Part shown: in pieces, positions 20,552-30,659 of the stretch
Position numbering within the stretch: position 1 is the first letter of the stretch
Layout of the letters: every line of letters starts with the position of its first letter
Source of the DNA: Candidatus Saccharimonadota bacterium
GTDB lineage: Bacteria > Patescibacteriota > Gracilibacteria > BD1-5 > UBA6164
Length of the DNA: 32,000 bases
Reading direction: 5' to 3'
NCBI GenBank assembly: GCA_965227835.1
Contig: OZ245768.1
Coordinates: 90,001-122,000 of the forward strand
Made by a program: the position numbers and the translations under genes
Notes under the pieces: generated by a model
What the model was told of the DNA's origin: nothing
Databases searched by the model: none
What the model saw: the letters and a program-made list of their open reading frames with translations, nothing else

Positions 20552-21076
20552 TTATAATATATCATCAAAATTATTCCAAACATAGATTTCTTCTGCTAGA
20601 TTTTGGCTTCAAATTTTTGTAGAAGTTTCTTTTAAATATTTTCACCCCATTTTTTTATAAAAGTATTTTGAATTATTCTCTTTCAAAACACAAACATACA
20701 TATTTTTAATATTTTTTTCTAGTAGTTTTAAACAAAATTCTTTTAGTAGTTTATGACCTAGTGAATGTTTTTGATAGTTTTTTAAAATATATATTGCATA
20801 TATTTCTCAATGAAAATTTAATATATTCTCTCTTGCTATTCATCAATCTATAAAACCAACTATTTCATTTTTTTCGTTTTCACAAACAAATGTAAAGTTA
20901 GTTTTTTCTCTCTTGGATAAATTGTTTTTCCATCTAGCAGTAGAATCTTTCAGACTTAAATTCTTCAAATATTCACTATTTATAATGCCTTTATAAGTCT
21001 CTTGCCATGATGACATAACTACCTTAGCAATTCATGTAGCATCTTTTATTGTAGCTAATCTTAATTTTGCATTCAT
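20552..21076 (-). CDS. GNAT-family N-acetyltransferase
   Basis: ATG (21074-21076) to TAA (20552-20554), 174 aa with TGA=Gly. Typical GNAT layout (..IVGFIDGGIAR.., EIYAIYILKNYQKHSLGHKLLKEF..). Confidence 0.7.
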
Positions 21077-21299
21077 ATACTCTTTAAAATTATAAATCTT
21101 AAAGAATTATACGAAACTTATATTTTTTTCAATTTCAACCAGCTATTTTTACTCATTCTTTTTTTATTTTAGAGTACTTTAATATAAATATTAAGATTGA
21201 TATAAATTTTAATAACTTGGATTACCGAGTAAATTTTTGCAATTATTATTATTTTATAGTAACATATTTAAGTTATATTTTAAATTCTGGCATAATTGT

Positions 21300-21647
21300 A
21301 TGACTAAAAGATGATTACTTATTCCTGAAATGGGAAAAGAGCTTTGGTATTTAGATTCTGAATGAAGAGCTAAACCTTTCGAAGATTCACAAAGTGGTAT
21401 AGAAATAAGGAAAATAATTCAAGATATATTAAAGGGTGAGAGAGAAGATCCATGACAAAACAATAGATCAGCACAGCCATGAGATTTTCTTGTTATTGAA
21501 CCATGACTTGAAAAAGTAGATTTTAATAAAATGTCAATTCTAATTCCCGAGAGGATATGATATACAAATGAAGAAGTTCTTCTTTTACTTTGAGACAATG
21601 ATACACCTATATATTACCTTTGAGACGACTCTCCAACTATACATTAG
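21300..21647 (+). CDS. Hypothetical protein (115 aa)
   Basis: ATG 21300 to TAG 21645-21647, checked codon by codon with TGA=Gly. No motif recognised. Confidence 0.5.
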
Positions 21648-21740
21648 AATCTGAACTTCAGAGTCTTTTTGTATAATTCCTTATCAATAAATAGTTGTAA
21701 ATATCTACTGATACAGATAATTGATTGTATTACAATAAAC

Positions 21741-21768
21741 TTGACATTTCATTTAAATTTAATACAAT
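21741..21768 (+). promoter_or_regulatory. Sigma70-like promoter TTGACA-N16-TACAAT
   Basis: TTGACA at 21741-21746 and TACAAT at 21763-21768, about 40 nt upstream of the ATG at 21810. Confidence 0.45.
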
Positions 21769-21809
21769 AAACTTACTTTCTTACTTTGGGACTTTTTAAT
21801 TATTTTTAT

Positions 21810-22670
21810 ATGCCAATAAGTATAAACATTTGATGAAATTTATGAAACAAAAAAATTGATTGAGATTCTACATCACCAATAAATATATCTAGTTGAAATA
21901 TTGAAATTTGATGAGGAAATAATTCAAGTATTGAATTAAGTTCATGAAATATTGAAATTTGATGAGAAAATAATTGAGTTATTGAATTAAGCTCATGAAA
22001 TATTGAGATTTGATGAAAAAATAATTCAAATATTGGAATAAAATCATGAAATATAGATATTAATTGAAATAATGATTGAATTATTAAATTAAAATCATGA
22101 AACATTGAGATTTGATGAAAAAATAATTCAAATATTGAAATAAAATCATGAAGTATAGATATTAATTGAAATAATGATTGAATTATTAAATCAATTTCAT
22201 GAAATATAGATATTAAGTGATATAATTCATGAGATATTTCTACAAATTCATGAAATATTAATATATGAGAAATTAGAATAAGGATTAAAAGAAATTGAAG
22301 TAATATTAATATCTGATGAAATATATTTTCAACATTCAACAGTGTAAGTACAATTATATCTTGAAATAATAGCATTAGTATATCTTGAGGTAATAATAAT
22401 GTATCAATAAATAATTGAGAAGTTTGGATTAATTGAGTTAAACAAGATTGAAATAGTAATTCAAAAAATAATGAATATAAAGTAGATATTGATGGTGTTG
22501 TTATTGATTTTGAAAATAAAAAAGCAACTACAAAAAATTGAGATACTATTGATATTTTGAATGATGGAAATGAATTTATAAAAATTGTATGAGAAAGTAT
22601 TCAAGCGAATTATAAATGACAAATAATCACTATAAAAAAAGATAGTGTTAATGTTGTTTGAAGTAAATAA
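21810..22670 (+). CDS. Gly/Asn-rich beta-helix-type repeat protein (bactofilin/DUF4097-like periodicity), Gly almost entirely TGA-encoded
   Basis: ATG 21810 to TAA 22668-22670 is open only with TGA=Gly. It has 17- and 34-residue repeats SGNIEIGG.NNS.IE..SG.IDINGNNDGIIK, followed by a non-repetitive C-terminal domain. The 189-aa ORF in the track (21806-22375, minus) is its antisense shadow. Confidence 0.65.
21993..22196 (+). repeat. Two near-identical 102-bp tandem repeats inside the beta-helix gene (preceded by diverged 51-bp units from about 21891)
   Basis: Unit 1 (21993-22094) and unit 2 (22095-22196) differ at only a few positions. Confidence 0.8.
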
Positions 22671-22747
22671 ATTTATAACAAATTATGATTATATTTAATA
22701 GTATTTATTCTTTAGAATAAAAGTTTTTTCCCATAAAATAAAGCAAT

Positions 22748-22789
22748 AGCCTGTATTTGGATATTGCTTTATTTTTTACATATAAAATC
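22748..22789 (+). terminator. Terminator hairpin, copy 1 of a roughly 41-bp direct repeat
   Basis: ATAAAGCAATAGCCTGTATTTGGATATTGCTTTATTTTTTA. A near-identical copy lies at 24272-24318. Confidence 0.6.
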
Positions 22790-23134
22790 AAAAAAGACAT
22801 ACTCCAGAAATTAAAATACCAGTTTTGGCTTATAATAAAGAAAATATATGATTAACAAAATAGTTTATGGAGTAAAAAGGGGCTTTTTAAGTCTTTCTTT
22901 TTTATCAATTATGGTTATATTACTTTTTGTATATTAAAATCTATAAAGATATTATTAAAGTATAACTGAATATTGAATGACTATTAAAGAAAAAAAGATA
23001 TATTTTAGTTACCTATAATTATTGAATATAAAAGAATGAAGAACAACAAAAGTGAGTTTTGAAACAATAGCAGAGCTTTTAAAAGGTTTTAAATGTAAGC
23101 GGAATGATTTATTTAAAATAACTAAATAATAAAT

Positions 23135-24142
23135 ATGTCAGAATCAAATACTTGAGAAATACTATTTTATAAATCTGAGGAGGGAGATATAAAAATAAAT
23201 GTGATTTTTGAAGATGAAACTATATGGCTTTCACAAAAAAAGATGTGAGAGTTATTTTGAGTGGAAACAAATACAATTAATTATCATCTATCTGAAGTTT
23301 TTAATAGTTGAGAAATATCAGAAGAATCAGTTATTCGAAATTTTAGAATAACTGCCTCTGATGGAAAGAGTTATAATACAAAGCATTATAATTTAGATAC
23401 AATTATTGCTGTTTGATATAGAGTAAACTCATACAAAGCAACAAAATTCAGAGTTTGGGCAACAAATCTACTAAAAGAGTATGTTATAAAAGGTTTTGCT
23501 ATGGATGATGAAAGATTAAAAAACTGAACTCATTTCTGAAAAGACTATTTTGAAGAGTTACTTGCAAGAATCAGAGAGATTAGAGCAAGTGAAAGAAGGT
23601 TTTATCAAAAAATAACTGATATATATGCAACGAGTGATGACTATGATCCAAATTCACAAATAAGTAGAGATTTTTTTGCTGAGGTACAAAATAAGTTTTT
23701 ATATGCTGTTTCTATTAATACTGCTCCTGAAATTATACATTCAAGAGCTAACTCAGATAAACCAAATATGTGACTTACGAGTTGGAAAGCTCAAAAAACA
23801 TGATGAAAGATAGTGAAAACAGATATAACCATTTGAAAGAATTATCTTAGCGAAGAAGAAATTGATACTTTAAATTTACTAATATCTTGATATTTAGATT
23901 TTGCAGAACTTCAAGCGAAAAAATGAAATGTTATGTATATGAAAGATTAGGTAAAGAAAACAAAAGACTTTTTACAAATCAATGATATGGAATTATTAGA
24001 ATGAAAGTGAAATATATCTAAAGAAAGTGCTGATAAAAAGGCAATTTGAGAGTATGAAAAGTTTAGAGTGGAGCAAGATAGGAATTATATTGGGGATTTT
24101 GATAGATTTGTACAAGAAGTGGAGAGGAAGAAATTGAAGTAA
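23135..24142 (+). pseudogene. RhuM-family (virulence-protein-like) gene with an internal TAG
   Basis: ATG 23135 to TAA 24140-24142 in one frame. RhuM-like blocks are present (KHYNLDTIIAVGYRVNS..ATKFRVWAT, RFYQKITDIYATS). TAG at 23948-23950 sits where the family has Trp (..MYMKD*VKKTKDFL..). Confidence 0.65.
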
Positions 24143-24271
24143 TTTTATTTTTTATCTAAATATTTTAGCTGATTTTATGGATGAAGTATGAATTTGGGAA
24201 CAAAATATTCTTTCTAAGTAATTATAAAGTACTAATTAATAAAAACAAATTACATAAATTTACCTTATATA

Positions 24272-24318
24272 ATAAAGCAAAGCAATAGTCTGTATTTGGC
24301 TATTGCTTTATTTTTTAC
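24272..24318. terminator. Terminator hairpin, copy 2 of the roughly 41-bp direct repeat, abutting the tRNA 3' end
   Basis: AAAGCAATAGTCTGTATTTGGCTATTGCTTTATTTTTTAC. It ends 5 nt from the tRNA-Glu 3' CCA. Confidence 0.6.
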
Positions 24319-24323
24319 TCTTT

Positions 24324-24399
24324 TGGTACTCCCAACGAGATTCGAACTCGTGTCTCCACCGTGAGAGGGTGGCATCCTAAACCACTAGACGATGGGAGC
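24324..24399 (-). tRNA. tRNA-Glu (anticodon CUC), CCA encoded
   Basis: The reverse complement folds as a cloverleaf: GCTCCCA TC GTCT AGTGGTTTA GGAT G CCACC CTCTCAC GGTGG AGACA CGAGT TCGAATC TCGTT GGGAGT A CCA. The anticodon loop is C-U-CUC-A-C. It closely parallels the E. coli tRNA-Glu layout. Confidence 0.9.
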
Positions 24400-24447
24400 A
24401 AAAAAAGAACCTAGCACTAAAGGAAAGTCTAAGTTCTTCAATATATA

Positions 24448-24909
24448 CTATAATTTTGCATCAATATCTTGCTTAGTCATTCAATCTATATCAGTCGTTA
24501 TCCCTATAGCCCTAGCAGATCATTGTACTATTTTCATCGCTCAAGCCTTATCTTTTGCATTTAAATCAGGCATCTTTTCTTCTGCTATCTCTCTACACTG
24601 ATCAAAACTTAAATTACCAACCTTATTCTTTTGAGGTATTGCCGAACCCTTTTTGAGATTCAATTTATTTTTTATCAAAGTACTCATAGGAGGTTGCTTA
24701 ACTATGAAATCAAAACTTCTATCCTCATATACAGTAATCACAACAGGAAGTTTAACTCACATTTTATCCTTAGTTCTTTCATTGAATTGAGAAGTAAAAT
24801 CTCATATAGGTACTCAATATTGACCAAGTGCTGGACCTACTGGTGGTGCTGGATTAGCTTGACCTCAAACTATTTGTAGTTTAATATATCATTTTACTGA
24901 AGCAGCCAT
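24448..24909 (-). CDS. rplK: 50S ribosomal protein L11
   Basis: ATG (24907-24909) to TAG (24448-24450), 153 aa. Reads [50 protein letters not shown]... The track recovers only the central 66 aa because of TGA codons. Confidence 0.9.
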
Positions 24910-25087
24910 AAATTTATAAAATTAAAATTCTAATAAAATAATTATTTTGAGAGTTCCTCTAAAATACGGCACAAATACTAAAAATAAAAGAAAAAAAAGC
25001 AAATTTTTTTATTGATTTTTTTGTCTTTATATGTTAATATTTAAATATTAAACAATTCTAGCCTCATCTTTAAAAAATATAAACAAA

Positions 25088-27619
25088 ATGGATAAGAAAA
25101 TATTTGAAATACTTGTAAGTAAAACAAATCTAAAATGACCCTGAATCTTTGAACATATTTTAATCATAATTCACAATGTATTTGAAGATTTTGATTCAGA
25201 TATAAATTTAAACAACTTCTCATTTGAAATCACAAAAATTGCTTGAAGAATTAGATTCTTTTTTATAACCCCAGAAAAATATCTATCATTTTTTAAAAAT
25301 CAAATATATGCCCATTTCAACGATGTTGAGATAATAGATGTTTGAGATTACCTTGAAAAAATACCAGATTCAAAAATTATTGTATGACAACTACTTACAG
25401 AAAAATATTTTCTATATCCTATAAAAAGTTTCACTGACATACAAGAAGAATGAACCAAAGATATGGTTGATCCTTTTTCTTCTATAACCTCTGCACTTGA
25501 TAAATCATGAAAATATTCACTAAATACTTTTCAGATAAATTTCTCTCCACTGGCAAATAAAAAATGGAAGAAAAATATAGAGAAAAAAATAAAACTACTT
25601 GATTCAAAATACCCAGAACTTCTCAAAAAAATATTTATGGAAGATGATATGATTGTTTATAGGGTAATGATTATGATAGTTTTTATCTACCCAGCTAAAA
25701 TATTTTTAGCAATATTCAATTTATTCATCCCAAAAAATTCTGAAGAACAACCATCTGAAGATAAAGGAGATTCATCTGATTTTAGTTCAGAAGAAAAACA
25801 AATCCTAGAAGAATCTTGAGTAGAGAATTGAAGTAAGATTTCAAAAAATTTTATGGAGAAAATCAAAAAACTAGGTTTTACAACAAGTATAAACATTATT
25901 TCAGCATCAGAAGATCCTATATCTTCAAAATGAATAATAAAGGAAATATATTCAACTCTTTGAGTATTTTCTTGACCAAGCCAAAATAGTTTTGTTTTAA
26001 AATCTATGACAAATGATGTATCTTTAATAAGTAGTATTAAGAGAAGAGATATATGAAAAAATAAATTTATACTAAACACTTCTGAGCTTTCCTGATTAGT
26101 TCATCTACCTACAAGTTATGTAAAAACACCTTGAATTAATTGGGTTAGTTCCAGAAATTTTGAACCACCCTCCAACCTTCCTATAGTTGACCCAGATTTA
26201 ACAGATTGAATAACACCAGAAACAGATCTTACCCCTGTTTGAAAAACAAATTTTAGATGAACCAATATAAGCTTTGGTATGGGACCAAATGATAGAAGAA
26301 GACATGTTTATATAATATGAAAAACTTGAATGGGTAAATCAGTACTTTTAGAAAATATGATACTTGATGATATAAAAAGAAACAGGGGAGTGGCTGTCAT
26401 TGATCCACACTGAGATTTAGCAGAATCTGTTATATGACATATACCAAAATCAAGAACAAACTCCACAATTATATTTGATCCAAGTGATACAAATTGGCCT
26501 ATAGCATTTAATATGCTTGATTGAGTAAAACCAGAACATAGACCTCTTGTAGCATCTGGGCTTGTAGGTATTTTCAAAAAAATATTTGGTAATTCTTGGT
26601 GACCTAGGCTAGAACATATTCTTAGAAATACAATACTAGCTCTTTTAGAATATCCAAACTCAACACTTATATCAATCCCACTTATTTTGACATCAGATCT
26701 TTTCAGATCAAAGGTTGTAAATAAAGTTACAGACCCAATAGTAAAAAAATTCTGGACTCATGAATTTGCAAAAATGGCACCAAATCAAAAAGTTGAAGCA
26801 GCTTGACCTATTCTCAACAAAGTAGGGCAATTTTTGAGTAGTTCTATTTTGAGAAATGTATTATGACAAACAAAAAATACATTTAATGTTAGGTGGGCAA
26901 TGGATAACCAAAAAATAGTTATAATAAATTTAAGTAAATGAAAGATATGAGAAGATGCATCAGCACTTCTTTGAGCTATGATGATTACAAAATTTCAAAT
27001 GGATGCTATGGCTAGAGCTGATATAGCAGAAGCAGAAAGAAAAGACTTTTATCTTTATGTAGATGAGTTTCAAAATTTTGCTACAGACTCTTTTGCTACT
27101 ATTTTATCAGAAGCTAGAAAATATAAGCTTAATCTTGTTATGGCTAATCAATATATAGATCAAATGCAAGAATCTGTTAGATGAGCAGTATTTGGTAATG
27201 TGTGAAGTTTATTCTCTTTTCAAGTAGGTTATCATGATGCAGCTATTTTGAAAGAGGTTTTGTGATCAGAAATTTGAGAGGATGATCTCACAAATTTATC
27301 TAAGTACAATATATATCTTAAACAACTTATAGATTGAATGCCATCACCAGTATTTTCAGCAAAGACTTTTCCACCTTATTTGAAAGATCCAGAAGCATTT
27401 GATTCTAGGTATTCAAAAATATTAAATGTAAGTCGTGAGAAATATTCTAGATCCAGAGATATGGTTGTATGAAAAATTAATAAAACAATGGATGATATAG
27501 AAAAAGCAGAACAACAATGGGAAAAGAAAAAAGCAGAGTTTGAAGAGAAGAAAAAAGCGGAGAAAGCCCAAAAACATGCTGAACTTATTGCTAAACAACA
27601 AGCAAATAAAAAAGAATAA
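25088..27619 (+). CDS. VirD4/TraG/TraD-like P-loop NTPase (type IV coupling-protein-like) with a long N-terminal domain and one hydrophobic segment
   Basis: ATG 25088 to TAA 27617-27619 (843 aa). Walker A HVYIIGKTGMGKSVLL (26318-26341 region, Gly TGA), VIDPHGDL, Walker B FYLYVDEFQNFAT, ARKYKLNLVMANQY, and a Lys/Glu-rich C-terminal tail. Confidence 0.75.
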
Positions 27620-27687
27620 GAATTTTTCAATTTATTATAGAGGGTATTATTTTAAAACAGAGAGCTGAAAATGTATGGTTGTTTATT

Positions 27688-27711
27688 CAAATAGCTAAAG
27701 CCATCTGTTGA
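27688..27711 (+). repeat. 24-nt hairpin motif copy g: CAA-ATAGC-TAAA-GCCAT-CTGTTGA
   Basis: Same family, with one A/C mismatch in the stem. It lies between the ATPase stop and the recG start. Confidence 0.55.
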
Positions 27712-27829
27712 CATAGCTTTTATTCTTAAAAAATCAAAATTTTTCAAAATATTTATTTCTAGCAAAATAAATATTTTTTTTTATTATAGTATTTATCTAA
27801 ATATTCTTTTTTAAGTATAAGAAATATTT

Positions 27830-30547
27830 ATGCTAAATACAAAACTCACCAAATCAATTTTAAGAACTACTGATAAATATATAGAAGCTTTATCCAAAGT
27901 TTCTGTAAATACTATATGAGATTTTATAAATCATTTTCCAAGAGATTATGATGACAGAACCGAAGTTATTGATAGTTTTTCCTTAATAAACATAAAAGAG
28001 AAAAATACTGTTTTAGTTTCTCTAGTTTCTATAAATGATAGCAGAACATCAAATAATATGATTTTGACAAAGGCTATAATTGAAGATAAAAATTGATTTT
28101 TATCTGAAGCAGTATGGTTTAACAGAAAATACCTTAGCAATCAGCTAAAATTATATATTTGAAAAAAGATTATTTTAACTTCCAAGGTAAAATATAGTTT
28201 TTGAAAAATAAGTTTTCAAAGTCCAGAAGTTGAAACTGATTTGAGTAAAATTTGATGAGAAATAGTTCCTATATATCCAGATTTAAACTATATTCCAAGT
28301 AAATGGATAGAATGAAAAATGTCTTTACTTAAAACTTATTTTTCTGAAATATCAGAAATCCTACCAGAAAAAATAATAAAGAAATACAATTTTATAAGTA
28401 GAAAAGAAGCTTTTTATCTTATTCATTTTCCCAAAAATAAAAACGATATTGAGGTTTGAAGGTTTAGGCTTTGATATGAAGAATTATTTAATATAAACTA
28501 TAAAACTATTTCCAAAAAATATGAATCTTTTTCTAATTCAAAATGAAAATCGGTTGTTATAAAGCTTAATCCAAACCTTATAAAATACATAATTTCTAAA
28601 CTAAAGTTTGAACTCACTGATAATCAAAAAATTGTTCTTTTTCAAATACTTAAAGATATGGAAAAAGAACACTCTATGTCTAGGCTTTTAGAATGAGATG
28701 TTTGAACTTGAAAAACTATAGTTGCTTTGATTGTAAGTATTCATGCTATTTTGGAAACTTTACCTGAATACAACAGATACAACCAAGACAAGGGGTCTTG
28801 ACCCCTTGGTAAATCTTGTTTGACTGAATCTAATCCTCAACCTCCTAAAACTCACCCCCAGCCCTCCTCTGACATCCCTCACCCCCAGCCCCTCTCCTTT
28901 GGAGGAGAGGGGAGTAGAACATTTTCAACTTCCATAGCTTCTTTTTTGGAAGATAGAAATTTAGAACATACTTCACTTTCATCTTTACAGAACTTATTTA
29001 CAGATAAAAATAATATTTGAAAAACTTATTTGAAGTCACCTGCTTATGTTTTTGATTTAGCGAAAAAATTTAGAAAATATCCAACAGAGCCTGAAAAAAA
29101 ACTTTGGCTTTATCTTAGAAATAATAAATTTGATGATTTAAAATTTAGAAGACAACATCCTGTTTGAAGATATATTGCAGACTTTTGTTGTGAGGAATTA
29201 AAATTGATTGTTGAAATTGATTGAAAAATACATGATTCTAAATTTCAAAAAGAATATGAGGAAGAGAGAGATAATTTATTAAAAAACTATTGATTTAATA
29301 TAGTTAGATTAAAAAATGAAGACATTTTATATAATGATAAAGAATCTATATATCTCAAAATAAAAAAATCTGTTTTATCCCAATTTTCTTTCCCCTCTCC
29401 TTCAAAGGAGAGGGTTAGGGTGAGGTCTGTTCAGAAAGATTGAATTTTAGATTTTGGAGAGGGGAGTAGAACATTTTCAAATCCTATCCAAACTGTTTTT
29501 ATAGCTCCTACTGAAATACTCGCTTATCAACACTTTCAAAGTAGTCAAGAACTTTTAAATACTTTTTGAATCACTTCTTATTTACTCACTGGTTCTACTA
29601 CACAAAAACAAAAAATGGAGATAAAAGACTGAATGAAAAACGGAGATGTAGATATTATTTTTGGTACACATGCTTTGTTGCAAGATGACATACTTTTTAA
29701 AAATTTATGATTTGTAATTATAGATGAACAACATAGATTTTGAGTAAAACAAAGAGAAATACTGGAAGCTGGATTTTGAAATATAAGTGGTATGATACCT
29801 CACAGCTTAAATATGACAGCTACTCCAATACCAAGAACTCTTGCTTTAACTTTATACTGAGATCAAGATTTAAGCATAATTAATAAATATCCAAAATGAA
29901 GAAAAGAGATTTTTACTAAAGTTGTGAAAAATGAAAAAGAGAGAAAACAAGTAGAACTTTTTATTAAAAATGAACTTGATAAAGGTAGGCAAATTTTTTG
30001 GATATCACCTTTGGTTGAAGAATCAGAAAAGATAGATTTAGCTAATGCAATAAATACACATAGTTATTTAGAAAATATCTTTTTCCCTTACAAGGTCTGA
30101 CTTCTACATGGTAAAATGAAACCCAAGGAAAAAGAGGAAATTATGCTTAGTTTCAAGAAAAATTATATTAATGTTTTATCTTCCACATCTGTTGTAGAAG
30201 TCTGAGTTGATATAGCTAATGCTTCTGTTATTTGTATAGAGTGAGCTGAAAGGTTTGGTCTTAGTCAGCTTCATCAATTTAGATGAAGAGTAGGTAGAGG
30301 AGATTATAAATCTTATTGTTATTTATTTCCTAGTTCTTGAAATTATACAGATAGGCTGAAAGCTATGGAAAAAACTAATAATGGTTTTGAATTATCAGAA
30401 ATAGATTTAGAAATAAGATGACCTTGAGAAGTTTATTGAGTGAGACAATCATGACTGCCAGATTTAAAAATTGCAAAACTTACAGATTTGGAGTTAATTT
30501 CAGAGATTAGGGAAGATATAGAAGATTTGATGTTAAACGGAGAGTAA
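27830..30547 (+). CDS. recG: ATP-dependent DNA helicase RecG carrying an in-frame insertion of about 240 codons between helicase motifs I and Ia
   Basis: ATG 27830 to TAA 30545-30547. I verified frame 2 codon by codon from 28742 to 29521. Motif I LLEGDVGTGKT (28688-28717), motif Ia VFIAPTEILAYQH (29495-29533), DEQHRFG, TATPIPRTL, QLHQFRGRVGRG. Confidence 0.85.
28763..29485 (+). mobile_element. GC-rich hairpin repeat element with embedded DUF559 (Vsr-like PD-(D/E)xK endonuclease) module, inserted in frame in recG
   Basis: Hairpins CAAGGGGTC-TT-GACCCCTTG (28789-28808), CCCCTCTCC-TTTGGA-GGAGAGGGG (28889-28912) and CCCTCTCC-TTCAAA-GGAGAGGG (29393-29414). A 25-bp direct repeat GGAGAGGGGAGTAGAACATTTTCAA lies at 28904-28928 and 29456-29480. 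The DUF559-type sequence AKKFRKYPTEPEKKLWLYLRNNKFDDLKFRRQHPVGRYIADFCCEELKLIVEIDGKIHD...RDNLLKNYGFNIVRL spans about 29060-29311. Confidence 0.75.
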
Positions 30548-30659
30548 AATATTTAAGTTAATTTTTATATATAGATAATTAATGAACTCAAAAAATATAG
30601 ACTTTTTTACCTAGCTCAATATATTATCAAATATAAAATTACAGTATAATAATGAATAT

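Noticed and set aside
21806-22375. 189-aa minus-strand ORF from the track (MLLFQDIIVL...ISIFHE repeats).
   Set aside because: It is low-complexity and has no start context. It lies exactly antisense to a longer + strand ORF (21810-22670) that is open under TGA=Gly and has a unique C-terminal domain and a good promoter. It is treated as an antisense shadow of the TGA-rich repeat gene.
1460-27716. The CTGTTGAC part of the 24-nt motif considered as a -35 promoter box (TTGACA/TTGACG/TTGAAA).
   Set aside because: No copy has a convincing -10 hexamer at a 16-18 nt spacing. The conserved part also extends upstream into a hairpin with covarying stem, which promoters do not require.
28763-29485. The RecG insertion considered as an intein or a self-splicing intron.
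   Set aside because: There is no Cys/Ser at the N-terminal junction, no His-Asn plus Cys/Ser/Thr at the C-terminal junction, and no intein blocks. The segment is stop-free and in frame across 720 bp of otherwise stop-prone DNA, which argues for translation rather than an intron. The endonuclease domain is DUF559/Vsr-like, not LAGLIDADG, HNH or GIY-YIG.
30652-30654. ATG at 30652 considered as the start of the sodium-channel gene.
   Set aside because: In that frame the reading is ATG AAT ATA TGA TAA, i.e. a TAA stop after four codons. The ATG at 30660 is in the frame that carries the whole channel.
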